Assembly (NCBI GenBank): GCA_030167865.1
Contig: JALAGF010005857.1
Coordinates: 124,001-188,000 of the forward strand
Reading direction: 5' to 3'
Origin: Craspedostauros australis
Taxonomy: Eukaryota
DNA: 64,000 nucleotides
Part shown: one piece after another, positions 24,794 through 37,900 of the stretch
Layout of the letters: each line of letters begins with the position of its first letter
How positions within the stretch are numbered: position 1 is the first letter of the stretch
The notes under the pieces: model-generated
Database searches by the model: none
What the model was told of the DNA's origin: nothing
What the model saw: only the letters and a program-made list of their open reading frames with translations
Translations under genes and position numbers: made by a program

Positions 24794-25830
24794 CTTGTCA
24801 CAACTCTTTCCTCGTTGAGTAGAGTAACAATACACTGGCCGAGCTTCTGCTGTGACTCTCTTCGTTGTCTCCTGCCTCCTGCCTCCTGCCTACTGTTTCT
24901 TATTGGCATCAATCAAAGAGTACGTGGACAATGACCTTTCTGGTCACCTCCCTGAGAAGAGACTTTGTTGGAGCATTCGTGGAGTAGACAGGTGAGACAG
25001 AGAGCGAGGGAGGGTGGCTCCATCTGCGCTCCTGTCAGCACTCCAGGCGTTTTTCGTTGATGGGTTGGTCTCTTTGTTGTTTGGTCGACATCAACTTGGT
25101 TGGTTGGTTGCGGGTCTACTCTCGTTTGTGGTTGTTCACAAAAAATGAGATCGTCTGGACGTCGACGGTACACAATCGATGAAATGATGAAACCGAACTC
25201 TCTTGTCACCAACCATTTGTCTTCGCATGGTTGTGGTCAATGTGACGTCAGCAGGAAGAAGACGCAAGAAAGCTTGACATCCTTGCCATTCCGGTTCTTT
25301 GGCTTCGTCTCTGGGCGGGGTGGGCGTGGTAATGCTCCATGAGCATGTAGTAGTAGTATCTATGTCACAGATGGCAACGTTTCAACTCTATCCTGATGCA
25401 TGAAGTGGAGTGCGGGTACGCAATTGTTCCACCCGCCATGGGCAGGATGTGATAGAGCGTGTCGCTACTGCGGAGTGGAGCAGAGTGTTCGCAGGAAGAA
25501 CAATCAGTAGTGTAATAGAAGAATGCTTTCCAGAGAGAGAGAGAGTATCCGACTTCCTCTTTGTATGGCAGCACTATCACAATCTGCGAGAGCTGGGACG
25601 ATGCAGTTGCAGATTCTTTGTCAATGGTCTAGTTTTACAGTATTGATTCAGTAGCAAAGTCAGTGTCTGGGTCGTTGTTGGTCGTGGCATAGATGGATTG
25701 ATGGATGTACGTGGTTGTTGAGTTGGCGTGTTGGGCTTCTAACGAGGAGGGATACCATGCCTTGTGCACCATGCAAGAGCTGGACGCAGACACATGCGTG
25801 AGGGCGATGCTTGAGCACTTGTTGTTTTCT

Positions 25831-28017
25831 TTAGGACTCGGTCGTGCGGTGGGCCTCCAGCACTTGGAGGGCCTCGGAGATCTTCGAGTTCAGTGCTTCT
25901 GGGCTCTCCAGAAGATGGAGCAGCTCTGAGTTGTCCATTTCCAGGAGCATACCGGTGATCTTGCCGGCGAGCTCGGGCTGGGACTCGTGGATGAGCGGGT
26001 AAAGTCGCTCTCCGATCATGTTCTTTTGCATTTCTGGGGTTGCCGAGGCAAGGGCCGCGGCGGTGAGGGCGTTCTCCGCTGGGGCTGGTGCGCCTTGGGC
26101 TGGCATTGGCTGGGCGGCCTGCTGTGGGTTGGCAGGGGTGCCGGCGTTGCGGGCCTGCTGGTTGAACTTGATTTGCTGTCCACCCGGCTGCTGTCCGCGG
26201 CCTTGCATCGGACCGCCTGGTCCACGCCCACCGCGTCCGCGGCCCTGCATGCCACGTCCTCCCGGTCCCATCATGCCGTAGCCCATTGGGTAGCCGCCGC
26301 GTGCCTGTCCTCCCATCATCGGGTACTGTCCTGGGCGGCCTCCTGGACCGCGTCCGCCTGGTCCCATCATCTGGGGCATGCCCATTGGGTAGGCGGGCTG
26401 CATGCCGCCGGCAGGTCCTGGTCCTCTCTGCATGTACATTGGCATGCCTGGGTATCCCATTGGGCCGCCCATTGGACCGCGCATCATTCCAGGCTGTCCT
26501 GGACCGCCGTGTCCGGCTGCGCGGTTGGCGTGCTGGGCCTCGAGCTGGGCGCGTCGGACCTCACGGCGCTGGGCCAGGGCCACGAAGATTGGCTTGTTGG
26601 CGATGTGCTTGCCGTTCATCTCGTTGACGGCGCGTGTGGCTTCTTCGGAGGTGGAGAAGCACACGAAGCCGAAACCGCGGGAGCGTCCGTCCTTCATGTC
26701 GCGCATGACACGGGCGGAGGTGATGGTGCCTATGGTGGCGAATTCGCTGCGCAGCTGGTCGTCGGTGACGGTGTCGTCGAGGTTCTTGACGTAGAGGTTG
26801 ACGCCCTGGAACTTGGAAATGCGGTCGACCTTCTCGGCCTCGTACTTGGCACGCAGCTCGCGTTCGCGCTCGGCCTTCTTCTGCGCGCGTCCGACGTAGA
26901 GCTCTTGCTTGGTCTCCTCGCCGTCGATGGTGGTGTCGAATTCCTTTCCGTTGAGACCCTCGATTGCGGCCACAGCAGCTTCGTGCTCGGCGAAGTTGAC
27001 GAATCCGTAGCCGAGGGTTCCGTGAACGGGTTCTTCTTCGACGAAGATTTCCTCCTCCTGCTTGGGCTCCTCGGCCTTGTCGTCTGACTTGTCCTCGGCC
27101 TTCTTCTCATCGGCGTCGTCCTTGGCGGCATCTTCGGTGTTGTCGGCCTCGGCGTCGTCGCCTGCCTCAGAGTTGGCGGCATCGGCGGGCTCGGCCTTCT
27201 CGTCGTCGCCTTCAGCTGGTGCGGGCGGTTGCTTGAGTGCCTTCTTGCGTGGCTTTCGGAGGCCCTTGGCGATGCTGGCGCTGATGACCTCTCCGTACTG
27301 GGCGAATTCCTGCTCGAGCTTGGTGTCGCTCCACTCGAGGGGGATGTTCTTGACGTAGCAGTTGGTCCAGTCGTTCTGTCCCGGGCGTTCGTTGCGACGC
27401 ATGAAGGCTCCCACGGCGACCTCCTGGCCATCGATGAGCATGCCGTCGAGCTTGTCGATGGCGGCGTTGGCGGCCTCGGCGGTCTCGTAGTGCACGTATC
27501 CGTAGCCCTTGGAGCTGCCGCTCTCGCGGTCGACGACGACCTTGCAGGAGAGGATGTTTCCGAAGAGGCTGAAGGTGTCGTAGAGCTGCTTGTTGTCGAT
27601 GGATTCGTGGAGGTTCTTGACGAAGATGTTGCCGACCCCGGAGCGGCGGAGGGAGGGGTCGCGCTGGCTCCACATGATGCGGCACGGCTTGCCCTTGATG
27701 ACGGAGAAGTTCATGGTGTCGAGGGCGCGCTCGGCATCCGCCATCTGATGGAAGTTGACGTAGGCGTAGCCGAGGGAGCGGCGGGTGACGGAGTCGCGGC
27801 ACACGCGGATGGAGGCGACAGGCCCGACCGCGTTGAAGATTTCGAAGAGGAGGCCCTCGTTCACATCGTTGGCCAGGTCTCCGACGTAGAGGGAGGCGGA
27901 GTGCAAGAGCGGGCTTGGTCCAGCGGCTCCCTCAGAGGATGCTGGGGCTGGGGACGCGACGTTGGTTGGGCCGGTTGGGGCCTCGGTGGCTGGCTTCGTG
28001 GCGGTTTCAGCAGACAT
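25831..28017 (-). CDS. PABPC: Cytoplasmic polyadenylate-binding protein, 728 aa
   Basis: Four RRMs (SLYVGDL..SLGYAYVNF; NIFVKNL..SKGYGYVHY; NCYVKNI..GYGFVNF; NLYVKNL..SRGFGFVCF), a Pro/Gly/Met linker and an MLLE domain (KITGMLLEMD). The start is taken at MSAETATK (ATG 28017); the upstream ORF extension is simple-repeat UTR. Confidence 0.97.
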   Translation of the reverse strand: MSAETATKPATEAPTGPTNVASPAPASSEGAAGPSPLLHSASLYVGDLANDVNEGLLFEIFNAVGPVASIRVCRDSVTRRSLGYAYVNFHQMADAERALDTMNFSVIKGKPCRIMWSQRDPSLRRSGVGNIFVKNLHESIDNKQLYDTFSLFGNILSCKVVVDRESGSSKGYGYVHYETAEAANAAIDKLDGMLIDGQEVAVGAFMRRNERPGQNDWTNCYVKNIPLEWSDTKLEQEFAQYGEVISASIAKGLRKPRKKALKQPPAPAEGDDEKAEPADAANSEAGDDAEADNTEDAAKDDADEKKAEDKSDDKAEEPKQEEEIFVEEEPVHGTLGYGFVNFAEHEAAVAAIEGLNGKEFDTTIDGEETKQELYVGRAQKKAERERELRAKYEAEKVDRISKFQGVNLYVKNLDDTVTDDQLRSEFATIGTITSARVMRDMKDGRSRGFGFVCFSTSEEATRAVNEMNGKHIANKPIFVALAQRREVRRAQLEAQHANRAAGHGGPGQPGMMRGPMGGPMGYPGMPMYMQRGPGPAGGMQPAYPMGMPQMMGPGGRGPGGRPGQYPMMGGQARGGYPMGYGMMGPGGRGMQGRGRGGRGPGGPMQGRGQQPGGQQIKFNQQARNAGTPANPQQAAQPMPAQGAPAPAENALTAAALASATPEMQKNMIGERLYPLIHESQPELAGKITGMLLEMDNSELLHLLESPEALNSKISEALQVLEAHRTTES

Positions 28018-29869
28018 CTTCAAGTTTGTTGGTTTGGTGTTGCTTTGCTTTGTTTTGCTTTGCTTTGCTTTGGTGTTGCGTGTTGTGTTGTGCTGTTGTT
28101 GAAGGTGAACTCGTGGGCTGGCAGACTGCGAGTACAGGTTGAATAGAGCAGCGGTGAATGAGATGTGAGGTTTGTTCGTTGGTTTGGTTGGTTGGTTGGA
28201 TGGATGAGGCTGTTGCTTGTTGCTTGTTGGTGACAAGAGCTCTTGTTGGGTTGGGTTGGTCTGAGTCGGGCTTGCTTTGGCCGAAAGTTGTGGCGTGAGG
28301 CGTTTCTGCACGAGTAGTTGCTACAGCGACGATTTGGCGGAGGCAACTGTGAGGCTGACAAGTGCGAGCGAGGTGTTGTGGATGATGAGGCTGCTGCTTC
28401 TGATGCTACTGCTGCTGATGATGATGATGCGAACTTGGATGGAGGTGGAGGCAGTGAGGGTGAATGGATGGCTGGTTGGTTGGTTGGTTGGATTGGAGTC
28501 CACGCAACCACGAGCCACGAGGACAGAGACCAACAAGCACGTATTGCCACAGAAAGGAAGGCGGATGGTGGAACGGTTTCGTTACGAAGCTCGATTGAAA
28601 CAGGAGAGGAAGAGACGAGTGGATACGAGCCACGAATAGCCGTGAGGAAGGACAGGTTAAGAGGTGCTGAACCAGAGCCAGGGCGCCTACGATGAAATTT
28701 GTGCTGCACGTTGCACATACCATGTCTGTGACGACGCTGCGATCTGGTTGGATGAGTGGTTCCCCTTGTCCTCCTGCTATTGGTCAGAATGCTGCAGCAC
28801 GCACGATTGTCGCTCACGCAGCCAGTGTTTTCGTTGCGTGTCGTGTTGCATCCGGCGTCGTTGTTTTGCTTCGCATGCACACAGCAACGCTTCCTCTTTC
28901 GACGTTTCAAAATATCCATGTCTCAACTCCGGCGCGCCCTTCCTGTTGTCAGCTTTTTCTTTCGAAATCGTGGCTCCGCTTCGCTCGCGGTTTGAATTTC
29001 GTGTCACATCGAAGTTCCGTATTCCATGGAGCCAACTTACAGGTGGAGCATGGAGGCACATCTTTTTGATGGAATCTAGTACAGAGGTAAAGCATGTGCA
29101 TCGCTGAGGGCGACCCAGATTTTCGTGAATTGGAAGACGCAACGGGAATGAAAAAATTATTTAATACCGCAGCTCCGACAAGGGAGCAGCGATAAATTAC
29201 GTAATTGCCGATGGAATTCTTTGGATGAGATGTTGTGGTTGGCTCATGGCTAACTTCGACACCTGCTTGTGGGATGTCGCCATGTTGGTCTGTGTTCATG
29301 TTCCGACAGAGATTGCTTCCCCATCATACTCGTAGCTTGTGCTATTCCATAGTATTCTATTATATAATATAATAGATCAAGAGGACGATAGCAATGCACA
29401 TGCACGTAGAGCAGAGTACTGTCTCTGTATTGACCGCGGTGTTGCCAGCCGTAGGTTGTAAGAGTCTGGGGCGTGCTCCTGCAACTGGAGTTGCATCTTC
29501 ATGTTTAGTTTACGTACCTTGGCAGATACAAGCAGCCTGAATCAAAGACATGCTCATGTCTATGAAATATCCACGGTTCAACATGATGCAAGGAGCAGCT
29601 AAGTTCACTCTCTTGGGTCCCACACTTCACGTCGACATGCTGGTGCCTACACTTTGCCCAGAAGGAGGTGCATCCTTTGATGCATTATGTTGCTTGTCGG
29701 AAACTTTGGCTTCTGCACTTCAGACAATCACGATGGGGATGTTCTGTATTCATGGCACGATCGTATGATGTTGCTGACACTGCGGCATCATCCCGATGCG
29801 GTCGATCAGGTAAATGACATGGTACGCTGCTGCTTGGTTTCTTTTCTTGGTTCATTTGTTTTCTATTGT

Positions 29870-30277
29870 TTAGGCATCCTCCTCTGCTCTCAGCTTGGCG
29901 TTGGCGTTTGTGACGCGAACGGCCAGCTGCTCAGCACGCTGGACGATCTCCTTTCGGGATCGGGAGGAGACAGAGTGGGCGATTGTGGCGGCGTATGTAC
30001 GGTTGTGCATCATGAGCATCTCCAGCTCGGCGACGTTGTTGACGACGACGGTCTTGAATCCGTGTGGGTGGATGTTGCGTGTCTGCTTGTCGGATCCGTA
30101 TCCGATGCTTGGCATTGGGACGGCACCCTTGAAGCGGCGGCGCACACGTCCATCAATACCCTTGGGCTTGCGCCATGACGAATCCCGGATTCTGATGAAC
30201 AGGTCCGACTGGTGGCGGGCGAACTTCTTAGTTCGCTTCTTGACGATTGTCTTCTTGTTGATTGGGGCGACCGGCAT
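29870..30277 (-). CDS. RPL32: 60S ribosomal protein L32 (eL32), 135 aa
   Basis: [51 protein letters not shown]. Confidence 0.98.
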   Translation of the reverse strand: MPVAPINKKTIVKKRTKKFARHQSDLFIRIRDSSWRKPKGIDGRVRRRFKGAVPMPSIGYGSDKQTRNIHPHGFKTVVVNNVAELEMLMMHNRTYAATIAHSVSSRSRKEIVQRAEQLAVRVTNANAKLRAEEDA

Positions 30278-31992
30278 CTTGGAAAATCGTCTGCTCTTGC
30301 AAGGTCGCGTCGATGGTCGCAGTTGCGTTCAGGTTGTGCGTTCGTTAATGGTAGCGGTGGTATCGTATCGTATCGGTTGTGGTTGTTGATCCGTTCGTCC
30401 ATTCGCGTGTTGGTTGGTGTGGCGTCGACGTTGATTGTCGGCATCAACCGCCACACAACAGGAGCATCAACGGCACCATCAACAGCACCAGCGACGGAAT
30501 CAACGAGGAGATGTCCAAGAACAACAGACGAGAAATTCAAGGTGAGTATCGGCTCGAAAGACACAGGTACACCGTCACGCTAAACCTCCTCCCTTCCATC
30601 GTTCACTGTCCTCTGCTTGCTCGTCGATCCCCCATCTTGGTACGGGGCGTCCCCATGGTCATCGTCTTACATTCACGCGTTGTTGTCTGTTGATTGATGC
30701 TCCGGGCTGCGACCGATCACTCCACCATTGCTTGTTGCTCGGCTGCGTTGCTTCGTGCCTGGCCGCGTGCTGTTCGCAGCATCACTTGTTCTTGGTGGTG
30801 CTGTTGCTGCACTGCTGTTCTCGGTGTCACCGCGACACAAAAAGGCGAGCTTGATGCGATTCGAACGAGTCGATCACTGAAAATAGTAAGCGGTGTGATG
30901 GTAAAGCTAAAGAAGTACCTTTGGCTTGTCTCAACAACACGCAGAAACGCGTTGTTTGGTCCAGCTATGCAGCTCGCACGAGGAGAGAGGAAATGGTTGC
31001 AGAGTCTCGGGAATCCATTATTCTATGATATTATAATCCACACGCCTATAATACTTGACAGAAGAGAGGATGCTGCGCTGCTGTTCTCGTGTTTGTATTC
31101 ATCTTGTCCGCTTGGCCTTGTGTTGTGAGAGCGTGACACTGAACGTGATGGGGGCGACATGGCTATGGTGGTCTGAAACAAGATGGAGCAGAACCGAGTA
31201 GAGCAGAATGGAGTGGAGCAGTTGTTCATCGTCGGAGCGCACCATTCTATTCATTGAATGCTGACTTCACGTTCGCCTCGGCGTTGCGTCTCTACATCTG
31301 TTCATCCGGAGATGGATGGTGGGTAGCGTGTGTCGATGAAGCAAGGGATGCACCGTGCGTTGCCGAAACGTGCGTTGATGCATGACTGTATGTGTGTTTG
31401 CATCTGAATCACAAAATGTATGTTTGTGTTGTTTGTCGGTTTGTGTCTGTTCTTGTTCATCTATTGTTTTCAAACATACAATTTTTGAATTCTAGGAAGA
31501 CAGTCACATATCCCCAAATAAATTGGACATGCCCCCAAATATCTCTCCGTCTTTGTAAAACACTGCCGAACACGAGTAGTTTGCACTCTTGATTCGTTGA
31601 AATCGTCACATGAAAACTGTGCAAGAGCTACGACACTGTTCCAGATTTTCAAAACAAAAACACGACAAGCACAGCCCGATGCGACCAGAAGGACCACAAG
31701 AGAAGGGCTCTCGAAGTGTCACGTTGCGCTGGGGCACTTCGAGCGGCGTGGAGTTTGAATGCTTGTCGCTGTCATGGGGAGCGTGCGACAGTTGCGGAAC
31801 AGAATGAAAAGCTCTGCAATCATTCGTTGATGCATCCATCACATTCATCCACCTTGCCGCGTTCGTTGAATACCAGCTACCAAACAAAGTAGAGAACACA
31901 TTCATTCTCTCTGTCTGTCTCTCTCTCTCTATTTCCCAACAAAGTTTGCGTCTGGTTGCAACTCATTGCAGATATCCGACAGATGCGTAACG

Positions 31993-34900
31993 ATGGAGGA
32001 CTCGAAGCCACCTGCGAGAACGAAGGGCGCGATCCCGAAGCCCGAAGGCGGTGTTGATGGCGATGGTGGTGGGCGGCAGCAAGTTATGGGATCTCAAACA
32101 CCTGCGATTCCATCATCGCATGGGATACAGAGCCAATCAACCGAGCTCCCGTTCCTCGTCACTCATTATCTGCACAACTTTGCGGCCACAAGCAATGAGA
32201 ACGGCGAAGGAGCCAAGCTCACTCCGGAGCAGGCAGCCCAGCAAGAACGCATTCGGCGAGCAGCGGCGGAGCTTGCATCAGCCTTCACGGAGTTGGGTGC
32301 TTTCGGAACCGCGTTTCGGGTAAGATCTTCCATTCATTCCATCCGCGTTCCCTGCCGAGAACTTTCGGAGAATCATGTCGATTGCAGTCCACTGGGGGCT
32401 GATGATGGTTGGATCCATGCAAAAGCATGAATGCATGCATGAATGCGCTCTCACCATGTGTCTTCTACATTCATTTTGTGTGCTGCAACTGGTACTACCC
32501 GCGCTCTATTCTGCTCCATTCTGCTCTGCCTGCATTTTTCTTTTCAATTGGCCGTGACAGCCATCTCTCTCAGGTGATGCGATTCGCAACTACGGCTCGG
32601 GACCCAACGCAAAGCCAGCTACCTACGCAGACATGAACCGGAAGTGGGGAGGATTGGACCAGAATCATCTCGAGGCGGTCGTTACTTCGGCCACCGCAGC
32701 ATCCGCGGCAGCAGATCGCTGCGCAACCATCGTGGCGCCAACGAATCTACTGAAGGAAGCAGGGCCGCTACTGCATGATCAAAAGCGCGCGAGGAAGGCG
32801 GCAGATGGACGTCGAGCGCAGAACGCAATTGATGTGGATGGCGATAATCAAGGCGCTGCAACAAGCAATGGCGGGAGGCACATGCGGTCTTTGGATGACG
32901 CGGAAACGAATGACGCAATCCCATCGTGCCTGCAGCGACCTGTCCACTTGCAGATCGACGAGAACGAGCAATCGCGGATTGCGAACAGCACCAGCCTGGT
33001 CAAGGCCACCACACCAACTCACTTGCTGGAGGTCCGATCGAAATACAAGTCATTGATGGTGGAAGTCTCGGGTGCCACGCGGCAGATGCTAGACCAACGA
33101 GAGGTGGTGCAGACGAATGAAGAGAAGATAAGATCCCTGCAACTCTCCCTCAACAAGACAGCTGGTCATGCCAAGCCAATGAGAGCGAACAAGCAACAGC
33201 AACAAACGAAAGTACAGAAACAACAAATGCAAACGAGATTGCCGATAGGACATCAGAGCAGCGGCCTGGATCTCTTGGCATTTGCGATGAATCACAACAC
33301 ATCAACCATGTCGCAAAAGGCGCCAGCATCGGCGACATCAGCGGCGACATCAGCAACATCACGATCATTGCAACCGCCGAAAACAAAACGAATAACATCA
33401 GCGCAAGCATCAGCGCAAGCATCAGCATCAGCACCTTTCATGGCAGCATCAACCACAGCACCAACGGATTCGATTCACCAGCGAGTTGCGTCCCAGCTGC
33501 GGAGGCAGCTCGACGCACTGCAAGCAGAGCAAGAACAAGAGAAGAAAAAGCTTGGCATGCTGGAGTCGAAGCTGGAAAGACTGCGGAAGGAATGCACGAA
33601 ATTCAATTCGTACTACGATCATTCCGTGACCACGGTACCGTATTCGCGACAAGGCAACGTAATGTGCAGTCCAGTCCTTCAAGACTTGGTGCATCGTCAG
33701 ACAGGCATCGACAATTCCTTCCTTCCACAACGAGCGCGGCGGAAAAATAGAATCGGCGTGAGAATGCAAGGCCTTCGAAAGAACTTCTTCCAAAATCGGT
33801 TATCTCACGCCCTCACCACCAACGTCCATCTGCATTTCCCGGTTTATTGCTTGCGATTCGATAGATCCGGGCGCTTCTTCGTCACAGGCGCCGACGACTT
33901 CCTCGTCAAGGTGTTTCATCTGGGAGCGGGCAAATCCAGGCGGGCCAGGAAGACGCCAGATGGCAGCATCGAGAAGACGTCTATTTACGGTGCAAATGTC
34001 CGAGGAGCGGTGTTGGTATGCTCATTGCGCGGCCATGCGGGCGTGATCAATGATATTGACGTTTCATCCGATAACTGCTTCCTTGCCACAGCTTCGGTCG
34101 ACGGTGATTGTCGTGTGTGGGGACTGAAAGATGGATGCCCCATCGCCATATTGAGAGGACACACTGGCGGAGCCAACATGGTGAGTGAAAAATGCATGTC
34201 CCGCATTTGTTTGCTTGCATGTTTCCTGTTTATTTCTTGATCGCCCTGCCTCTGGATGCCATGATGAATGAAGCCTCATGCGAACGCATGAAAGTTTGTC
34301 TGTCTCTCTCGTGTGACGAGCACGCAGTATCCGGACGATGAAAATGATGAAAACGATGACAACAAGAGATTCGCTGACGTGCCTCCTCGCTGAACCAAAA
34401 AATAACGACGAACGCTTCAATGCGTGGCTGCGCATGCACAAACATGCATACTCTCCACTGCTCTGCTCTGCTCCGTAACACTCGCCTGCTCCCCAATTCA
34501 GGTCTCATGGTCGAAACTGACCCCATACCGACTGATCACAACGAGCGCTGATGGCTTCGCGAGATTGTGGGATGTTCGAGAAGCAACGCTGAAGCGGTAT
34601 GGCTCCACTGTCGGACGTCGTCCCGAATACAACCTTGCCCTCTTGAAGCCAAAGAAGAAAGCTTCCAGCAAGAACGATGGCGCCGATGGTGGCAACGTAA
34701 ATCTCAATCCCAACCAAAGCTCACCTCCCAGCGGCGCCGAAGTCACGACCAACGCTGCTGCGCCGAGTGGCGGCAATAGCAGCAACACCAACACCAGCAG
34801 CGGGGCAACGTTGATGGCGGCGAATCCTTCTCAAGCCGCTGCGCCGGTGGCAGCGCCAATCCAAATACAAGGTGGAGTAGCCACAGTTCAAAATGTAGGA

Positions 34901-37900
34901 CCTCCCATGCTTCCGCTGCCACCTTCATTGCCACTGCTACCGCACGCAGCAGGTACGACAGCAGCAGCGGCAGCAGCAATGCCACTTGTCCTACCTCCAC
35001 TGCCGCCGCTGAATCCGCTGAGTCCGCTAAATCCTCTCCAGCCCAGTGGTCCGACGCAGCCGATGCATCGCAACGCAGTGCCACCACTACCGGCAGCAGC
35101 AGCAGCAGTGCCACCACCCAACCCTCCACTTCCAAGGGCTGCAGGCAACAACAACGCAAACAGACGCAACAACAACGTTCAGATTGGTCAGTTCGTGGCG
35201 AATGATAATATCGACGAAGGCGTCTTGATCGCCGTCAAGTATCCCCACGATGCTGGGACGGACGACCCCCAGCATTTGCAGCAGCAGCAGCAACGACGCA
35301 ACGTTGGTACACGCTCTTCTCGCAAGAGGGTGAGCGTGATCTGCGTTACAAGGCATCCGTTGGGAGGTTACTTCGTGACAGGTTCCGATGACGGCGTTTG
35401 TCGTGTTTGGAAGGACTGTGACGATGAAGCTGTGGCCTTGATCGACCAGAAACTCGATAGGACATCTCAATCAGCGTACGGTGCTCTTGGTGGATTGAAC
35501 GGCTCAAGGAAGCCCCGATCGACAAGTTCTGGGGTTGATGGTACGTCGATGTTCTGCTCGCTCTTTCTTCCAAGTGCTCAACCTTTCTCATGAATGGATG
35601 TGGCATCCGGTGTGATGTGCGATACGTGGAATGCTCTGCCTTTTGATGCGATGTGACGTGATGCGATGCGATGCGATGCGATGTGATGTGATCTGTGGTG
35701 TGCACAGACAGATCCTTTGGCGCTCTGGCACGGCACCAACATGAACATGTCGTGCCAATCGAAAGTGATCAAAGACGATACTCACAAAATTCCTCTCGCC
35801 CGCCCCCAAATTGCTGCTGCCTCCTTGCCACTTCAATTTATGTTTCTGTCTCTCCTACGTCCGAATCAACCAGTGAAACCGATCCTCAAATTGGTTGGGC
35901 ACACCAGCGCAGTCACCGATCTGGTGTACTCTCACGTCGGAGATCGCATCCTCAGTGCAAGCCAGAAGGACGGCGTTGTCCGCATCTGGTTCTTGGACCA
36001 AAAACTGAAGGCGTCAGCCAGATCGAAGGCGGCATCGCATTCGTATTCAGACTCCGCGAATGTCAGCCACATCGTCATCAATCTGACGAATCCTGAATTT
36101 GGCCAAGAGGAACGCAGAAGCTCGAACCGGCGTCGCCGAAATGCAAACGCGAAACGAGGTCCATCGGTCAGCAACACGGTCTCATGCGATGTAGCCGTTT
36201 GGTCGAGGGATGACTCCAAGATCTTCACATCGCAGTGCATCCTGGCGAAGCAAAGCGACACAGAAGTCCGGCCGGGATCGCAGTACATTTTCTTGTGGGA
36301 GAGCAGGACAGGGCATTGCCTGCTTGGAATCGCCAACGCGCACCAAATGCAGTGCCCTGTCATCATGCCTCACCCCTTCAATGACTCCATCGTCTGCACA
36401 GCAGGCGCGGATGGCTGGCTGAAGGCATGGGACTGCGAGAGCGGTCGTTGCCTGTTCTCGCATGCGAATAAACTCGAGCCGAGCAACAGCGCCGTGCCTG
36501 TGAGGAATGATGCGAAAACCCAAACGAAGCTCTGCGGGTTTCTTGATGGTTCCTTTAGCCCTGATGGCACCTACCTTGTGTTGACAGACGACAAAGGTCG
36601 GGTGTGCATCTTCGATTCCATGGTCCACAAGCTATCGACGCAAGACAGGTCCATGCCGTACTGGATCCAACAGCAGTACTTTGCAAATGACTACTATGAT
36701 CTCCGGTACGATACCAACGGATACTGCATCGAACGCGGCTCTGAGCGACCTCCACATCTGGCACCGAGAGCTGTGAGGGTCAATCATACTGGCGCACCCA
36801 TGTCTACAGAGATCACGGAGACCTTCCAGTCATTGACCGGTCCAGTGCCTGTCGACGTCGAGGAATCGCGCCGGATCCGCTGTGCGATCCGCGCCAACCG
36901 CCTTGCAAGGAACAGCATCCCGCCACAAGCCGTGCATGATAGCAGCATGAAAATCCGCCGTGCCATACGAGAGTTCGACCCAAATTCAACTATTCTTGTC
37001 AACGGTTTCGATGGCAGGAGCATGTACCTTCAAAAGCAACCGCAATCTTCGCAGCAAGCGACACCACCTATTGCTGTCCCCTTCCAGCTTCCATTCGGGA
37101 CCCAGCAGCACTCCGAGGAACAGCAGAGACAGCTCTCATCGAACTATCGTTGGAGGGATTACGAAGACATCCTGCGAGAGCAAAACAACGATGATGATGC
37201 GAACGAGACCGACGATGAAGAATTCGATCCAACCGCTACCCGACGCGCCTCGGTTTCTCAGCAGCAAGGATCTGACGAGTCTGATGACGAACTGATCCAC
37301 GATGCCACAGTCGTGGAGGACATGTACATCGAAGGAATGTCTGTCGGCGGAAGTCTCACTGAGGAAGGCGGCCCTCAGCAACCTCGCCAGCAGAGAGCAG
37401 CAGCGAGGCAACGAGCAAGAAGGGATGACCTCACCCGCAACGGTGAGGGGCGTGTTCTCGGATCGGCACGGTCTCGCCCTCGGCCTCGGCCACAACCGAG
37501 ATCCCGGACCAGCCCAAGACCACGATCCCGTACTCCCCAGAGGCCGGGCAGTGCTCGATCCACTCGATCCAGCTCAAACTCACCTTCGAACTTGCGCCAG
37601 CGATCGCGAAGACGCCGCCAACGCCGTCGATTCGATGATGACGACGATAATGATCATGATGACAATGGATCCGAGATCGACTCTGAGTCTGAAGTTGCAC
37701 CGCTCTTGCAGTATCTCAGCACCAACAATACACCCAGCGGGCCGTACCTTCGTGACTACGAGCAGGCTGGTCACTTCTGGAGGATGCCCAAGGGATTGAG
37801 TGAAAGTACTCACATGGACAGAAAATGGCTCATGAGATTGGAAAGCGACACCTCGTACACGGGACACAAGACGTACTGTCCGCAAGCAGGTGATACTGTT

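Noticed and set aside
25987..28146. Long plus-strand ORFs (366 aa, 305 aa) opposite PABP, and similar antisense ORFs opposite RedCAP, URC1, the DnaJ gene and the TPR gene
   Set aside because: Shadow frames caused by strong codon bias in the real genes, with no domain signal.
28018..28919. N-terminal extension of PABP and the 299-aa ORF 28020-28919
   Set aside because: Non-ATG start and a translation made of CAAC/CAAAG simple repeats, consistent with leader or promoter sequence.
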